64,000 bases of DNA from a virus, in IMG/VR virus record IMGVR_UViG_3300033004_000001, positions 28,613-92,612 of that record; one strand, 5' to 3'. This document shows, one piece after another, positions 60,625 to 64,000 of the stretch (the first letter of the stretch is position 1; every line of letters starts with the position of its first letter). Under the pieces are notes generated by a model that was not told the origin of the DNA, searched no databases, and worked only from the letters and a program-made list of their open reading frames with translations. Position numbers and translations under genes: made by a program.

Positions 60625-60925
60625 AAGTAGACTAGTATCAGTCTTCAGAATATAATGGAAACGATTTTCTTTTTAAAGCCTATTTTTCCTATCTATGCTT
60701 CGCTATCCCCAACAGCTTCTCACTTCTGTTGTATCAGTTTATATAGCAGTGAGACTATACTTATCTGATATGGTTCCATTTTTATTCTTGTTGGTGCAAG
60801 CTTTCACTCTGCATTTTATACAATGACGCTTGGCGACTTTGTATAATCCGACTTGTGACGGTCATTACTGTTGATACATTTTCATTTGGCATGTGATATA
60901 TCTTTCATAGTTGCATTATATTGTT
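60625..60925 (-). ncRNA. candidate ~300-nt structured RNA
   Basis: ORF-free; multiple nested and crossing helices. Confidence 0.4.
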
Positions 60926-60929
60926 GAAA

Positions 60930-61184
60930 TTAATATTTTACTCTTTTTGGAGATCCTTTCTTTTTTATGATAATCTCGTATTCTTGTATAGTATGAAAAT
61001 CATCGTTATCTTCTTCATCATCTTCATCCGGTTCAAAAAAATGAGTTACTAGACATCCTTTATCTTTACCTAGAGATTTTATTACTCCTTTTTTATCTGA
61101 GAATGGTTCTCTATCTAATGAGTAAGATATAGCTTCGGCTAAATCTTTTTCAGTCGGAAAAGCATTTTTGTTTATTTTTGGCAT
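60930..61184 (-). CDS. hypothetical protein with acidic loop
   Basis: Likely start MPKINK at 61184 (track extends to 61340). Confidence 0.5.
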   Translation of the reverse strand: MPKINKNAFPTEKDLAEAISYSLDREPFSDKKGVIKSLGKDKGCLVTHFFEPDEDDEEDNDDFHTIQEYEIIIKKKGSPKRVKY

Positions 61185-61194
61185 ATTGTTAGTT

Positions 61195-61437
61195 TTAAGG
61201 ATAATAAACTGTATCAATTGGAATTGTATCTCTAAAGATTTCAAATGTATCTTGATTACAGTTATAAGTATGATATATATTGTATTCGTAGTAAATCTTT
61301 CCAGAAGTTGTTTTTGAAGGTGGTTTAGCTGGAATGTCATATATAATTATTACTGAAGTTGTTGTGAACATTCCGAGTATTATAATGAATAATAATATAT
61401 TATATAAGTTTTTATGTAATTTCTTTTTTAATTTCAT
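61195..61437 (-). CDS. small membrane protein
   Basis: Single TM; leader motif upstream. Confidence 0.5.
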   Translation of the reverse strand: MKLKKKLHKNLYNILLFIIILGMFTTTSVIIIYDIPAKPPSKTTSGKIYYEYNIYHTYNCNQDTFEIFRDTIPIDTVYYP

Positions 61438-61466
61438 AGTTGTGGATTATTAGTGGTTTAAATAAA

Positions 61467-61539
61467 TCAAGGACTCCTCAGCATCAATTGTTACACTGAC
61501 ACTAATTTTTTCAAGACTCTATGCCAAGAGAGTCCTTGA
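61467..61539 (-). promoter_or_regulatory. intergenic long-stem RNA element
   Basis: TCAAGGACTC...GAGTCCTTGA. Confidence 0.6.
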
Positions 61540-61546
61540 CTTTGTT

Positions 61547-62104
61547 TTATTCGACTGCTGCTCCAGGTTCATCGGAGTTGTCGTCTTCAATTACGATGTT
61601 TCTTTTAGCTCTGTCAACTTCACCAGCTAACAGAACTTCAGCTGTTCCATTTTCTTCTTCAAAATCGAATACGAAAATTTGAACGAATTTACGTTCAACC
61701 GGCTTTTTAGTAACTGGATTAATCAGATTGTTTCCTTTGGCATCTTTCATTGTATATTTAAATGGAGTTTTCTCAGATTTGAGTTCTCCACAGAAATATA
61801 TTGCGGTGTCTTTAAGGACTATATCACCAGTACTTTCAACTGTGTAGTTGTTAGGTTCTGTTAATGCTTCTCTGATACTGTCAAAGATTAATGCTCTTTG
61901 TCCACTATCCCAGATGTTGAAGATCTTTCTTTTTCCTTCTTCAACTTTTGCAGTTTTATTTTTTAGTAATAAACTAACTTGGAAGAATTCACCAGGTTGT
62001 CCATTAGCTCCAGGTTTAGCAGCAACTTGAGGCTTTGTAGCATCAGTATGTTTTGGATTGGTTCTGCTTTTTAATACTTTTACAATAAAATCTTTGTTTG
62101 TCAT
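61547..62104 (-). CDS. hypothetical beta-rich protein with acidic tail (possibly ssDNA-binding)
   Basis: Beta-strand pattern, C-terminal EDDNSDEPGAAVE. Confidence 0.5.
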   Translation of the reverse strand: MTNKDFIVKVLKSRTNPKHTDATKPQVAAKPGANGQPGEFFQVSLLLKNKTAKVEEGKRKIFNIWDSGQRALIFDSIREALTEPNNYTVESTGDIVLKDTAIYFCGELKSEKTPFKYTMKDAKGNNLINPVTKKPVERKFVQIFVFDFEEENGTAEVLLAGEVDRAKRNIVIEDDNSDEPGAAVE

Positions 62105-62168
62105 TTTGTCAATTTTAAGAGGTTTATAAATTGTTATTTATATATATCGTGGACTGTGATAATAAAAA

Positions 62169-62244
62169 TGAGAGTAGCTTTTCTAAAAAATGGACTTCTC
62201 CTTTCGTTAGATCTCATCATTTTAAGTAATGTCAGCTACTCTCA
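62169..62244 (-). promoter_or_regulatory. intergenic long-stem RNA element with U-tract
   Basis: TGAGAGTAGCT...AGCTACTCTCA, 11 bp. Confidence 0.65.
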
Positions 62245-62250
62245 AATTTG

Positions 62251-62463
62251 TTACTTCTGAGAGGCTAAAATTGGATATAAATGAACTTCTTTAGCTTCTC
62301 TTTTGAATATTTTTTCGAAATACTTCATGTGTGGTACATAGTCTTCGTTTGCATTAATTCTTTTATGGCTTTCAATGTTGCCATTTCTAATTAGCATGTC
62401 ATATGCAAGAACTTTGTCAGTACATGTATGATTTGGAATGATGCATGATAAATTGTGTCTCAT
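62251..62463 (-). CDS. hypothetical protein
   Basis: ORF track. Confidence 0.5.
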   Translation of the reverse strand: MRHNLSCIIPNHTCTDKVLAYDMLIRNGNIESHKRINANEDYVPHMKYFEKIFKREAKEVHLYPILASQK

Positions 62464-62467
62464 AATT

Positions 62468-62656
62468 TTAATTATTAGACATTAGAAATGATTTATCTGG
62501 ATGATCTTGGTTATGAGGATTATTCCAGAGTTCTATATAGAACATTTTTGTAATTATGTTCTTCATAGTAAATGGTTCTTCTTTGTTTAATCTGCAGTTG
62601 ATTGCAAATGGTATTTCTACAAATGAAGTTCTGTTTAGTGGAATTAAATCTTTCAT
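62468..62656 (-). CDS. hypothetical protein
   Basis: Preceded by AATCCACTAA. Confidence 0.5.
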   Translation of the reverse strand: MKDLIPLNRTSFVEIPFAINCRLNKEEPFTMKNIITKMFYIELWNNPHNQDHPDKSFLMSNN

Positions 62657-62834
62657 ATAGTTAGTTTTAGTGGATTACAAAGTAATACTACTCTGTACAT
62701 CACTGCAGAGAGTAGTTTGTTACTAAGAAGGCTACCACATGTCGCCCCAACATCTGATTGAGGTAGCATTCTGCATAATCACTAAGATTAATGGCATCTA
62801 GTGTATCATAAACCTATCTTTAGCTGTCTTGTTT

Positions 62835-63143
62835 TCAGGCTGCACTGATATTGATAGGATTTTGTCTGGTTTTAGAAGTGATTACATTCCAATTTATTTC
62901 AATTTTTAATCTGTCAATTGGGATTTTGATTGTTGTTTGAAACTTTGGAATATATTTGTCTAATTCTGTTAATATATCACAGAGATCTAAATATAATAAT
63001 AGATGTGATTCTTCTGTAACTATTACAGGAATTGGCAGTTCTTGTTTGTTACCAATACAATGCAATGTTATATGTATTCTTTTTTTTCTTTTTATTTCTA
63101 ACATTGAACTATATTGTTTAACTGTTACTTGATAGTGGTTCAT
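62835..63143 (-). CDS. hypothetical protein
   Basis: ORF track. Confidence 0.5.
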   Translation of the reverse strand: MNHYQVTVKQYSSMLEIKRKKRIHITLHCIGNKQELPIPVIVTEESHLLLYLDLCDILTELDKYIPKFQTTIKIPIDRLKIEINWNVITSKTRQNPINISAA

Positions 63144-63171
63144 ATGTTGAATGTATTGATTTCTTATTAAG

Positions 63172-63222
63172 AATCAGATAGATGACGAGCAGTCAAATTC
63201 TAGGCTTTTGTTCTATCTGATT
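63172..63222 (-). promoter_or_regulatory. intergenic long-stem RNA element
   Basis: AATCAGATAGA...TCTATCTGATT, 11 bp; two more small hairpins at 63227-63274. Confidence 0.55.
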
Positions 63223-63274
63223 TAAAGATCAAGAGTTATCAGAACTTGATCTAATACAATCCTCTCCTGGATTG

Positions 63275-63559
63275 CTATGACATTTGTTCATCTGGAACTT
63301 TGAATGCGTTCCAATTTTCGTTTGAAACTTCTTCGATTAGGTAACGTTCGTTAGCCCAATCAGTTGATAGTTCGACTGCTTCTTTTACAGTCTTTGATTT
63401 CTGTAATTCAGTGCAGTGTTCATTGATGATTTCTTCTTTTGATGCCATTTTTAGTCTTTTTGCAAAGTCTTTTAATAACTTTTTAGCTAAGTTAGCTGGC
63501 ATCATAGCTATTTCTTCTGTTCTGTTTGAAGATGTGAAATCTAATGTTACATTTTTCAT
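63275..63559 (-). CDS. hypothetical protein
   Basis: Preceded by AAACCACTAA. Confidence 0.55.
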   Translation of the reverse strand: MKNVTLDFTSSNRTEEIAMMPANLAKKLLKDFAKRLKMASKEEIINEHCTELQKSKTVKEAVELSTDWANERYLIEEVSNENWNAFKVPDEQMS

Positions 63560-63620
63560 GATATATATAATTAGTGGTTTGAAAGCTATTAATGTTGTGA
63601 TCTTTGATAGAAAATATGAT

Positions 63621-63704
63621 GTAGAGAGTAATCATCATTCTGTTTACAGTTACATGGTCATGATGAATCTACTAAGCTGACCAACTTAGTTAATTACTCT
63701 CTAC
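63621..63704 (-). promoter_or_regulatory. intergenic long-stem RNA element with potential kissing loop
   Basis: GTAGAGAGTAAT...ATTACTCTCTAC, 12 bp; inner crossing helices. Confidence 0.65.
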
Positions 63705-63727
63705 TATAAGGAAAAGGCTTGCTCTTG

Positions 63728-63961
63728 TTACAGAGCAAACCCTAACCAGTATTTCTCATATTCACCAACCTTGCCTACGTGTTCATAGCTGATGCTCTGA
63801 CCTTTCAACGTGAGCATGGTGGCCAATGGCATATCACTAGCATTGCCAATGATGCCACTTACTTTGTTTTCTAACGTTACGAAGCATAATCCCTTGTAAT
63901 AACGAAACGAAGAGATCTTACTTAAACCTGCGCTAGCAGGATTTACATTATTAGTTGCCAT
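63728..63961 (-). CDS. small hypothetical protein
   Basis: ORF track; visibly higher GC than neighbours. Confidence 0.55.
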   Translation of the reverse strand: MATNNVNPASAGLSKISSFRYYKGLCFVTLENKVSGIIGNASDMPLATMLTLKGQSISYEHVGKVGEYEKYWLGFAL

Positions 63962-64000
63962 AATCTTGAAATTTTAGTGTAACATTTGAACCGGAGTACT

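Larger units (their letters stand above)
50687..63580 (-). repeat. dispersed AA(A/T)CCACTAA leader motif (11 copies or close variants)
   Basis: Plus-strand TTAGTGG(T/A)T at 50687, 54601, 58242, 59828, 60293, 60588, 61450, 62667, 63571; variant ATAGTGGTT at 59181 and 63132. Confidence 0.75.

Noticed and set aside
5671-63680. Antisense/overlapping ORFs in the track (e.g. 5671-5910, 10563-10820, 11691-12059, 20211-20798, 29547-30086, 30762-31379, 48753-49157, 55242-55814, 63411-63680)
   Set aside because: They overlap longer motif-bearing genes, mostly on the opposite strand, and have Ser/Leu/Phe-rich shadow composition
36612-63704. Interpreting the long-stem elements as integron attC sites
   Set aside because: No consistent RYYYAAC/GTTRRRY boxes and no integrase in the window; strand-specific G-U pairs favour RNA function
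1-64000. Stop-codon reassignment (TAG/TGA), known in some crAss-like phages
   Set aside because: Very long ORFs tile the window under the standard code, and read-through attempts in the gaps still hit TAA quickly
1-64000. CRISPR, TIGR or other tandem repeat arrays; tRNA genes
   Set aside because: No regularly spaced direct repeats, no Cas/Nop-domain ORF recognised, and no cloverleaf with T-loop found by eye; tRNAscan/ARAGORN not run

Overview
AT-rich segment of a crAss-like (Crassvirales, probable Bacteroidota host) phage genome read in the standard genetic code. The + strand (1-29.4 kb) is the late/virion block: ring protein end, IHF-like protein, tail tubular and tail stabilization proteins, ejected cargo proteins, and a 4047-aa virion RNA polymerase. 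A three-gene cassette (AdoMetDC-like decarboxylase, HExxE protein, PurD-like ATP-grasp) is inserted before a second giant cargo gene. A convergent terminator lies at ~29.45 kb. The - strand (29.5-64 kb) carries the replication block (PD-(D/E)xK nucleases, primase, SSB-like, AAA_24, DnaB-like, PolB, UNG) and an early/accessory region. Unusual content: (i) a ~1.5-kb ORF-free, densely base-paired interval (50.7-52.2 kb), a candidate giant ncRNA; (ii) a family of intergenic long-stem RNA elements, often paired with a recurring AA(A/T)CCACTAA leader motif just upstream of start codons; (iii) a minimal HisRS catalytic core next to an N-terminally extended Fmt, plus ribosomal protein bL12; (iv) a P-loop-less acyl-CoA-synthetase-like protein; (v) a small outer-membrane beta-barrel. 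All product calls come from motif recognition by eye, not database searches.
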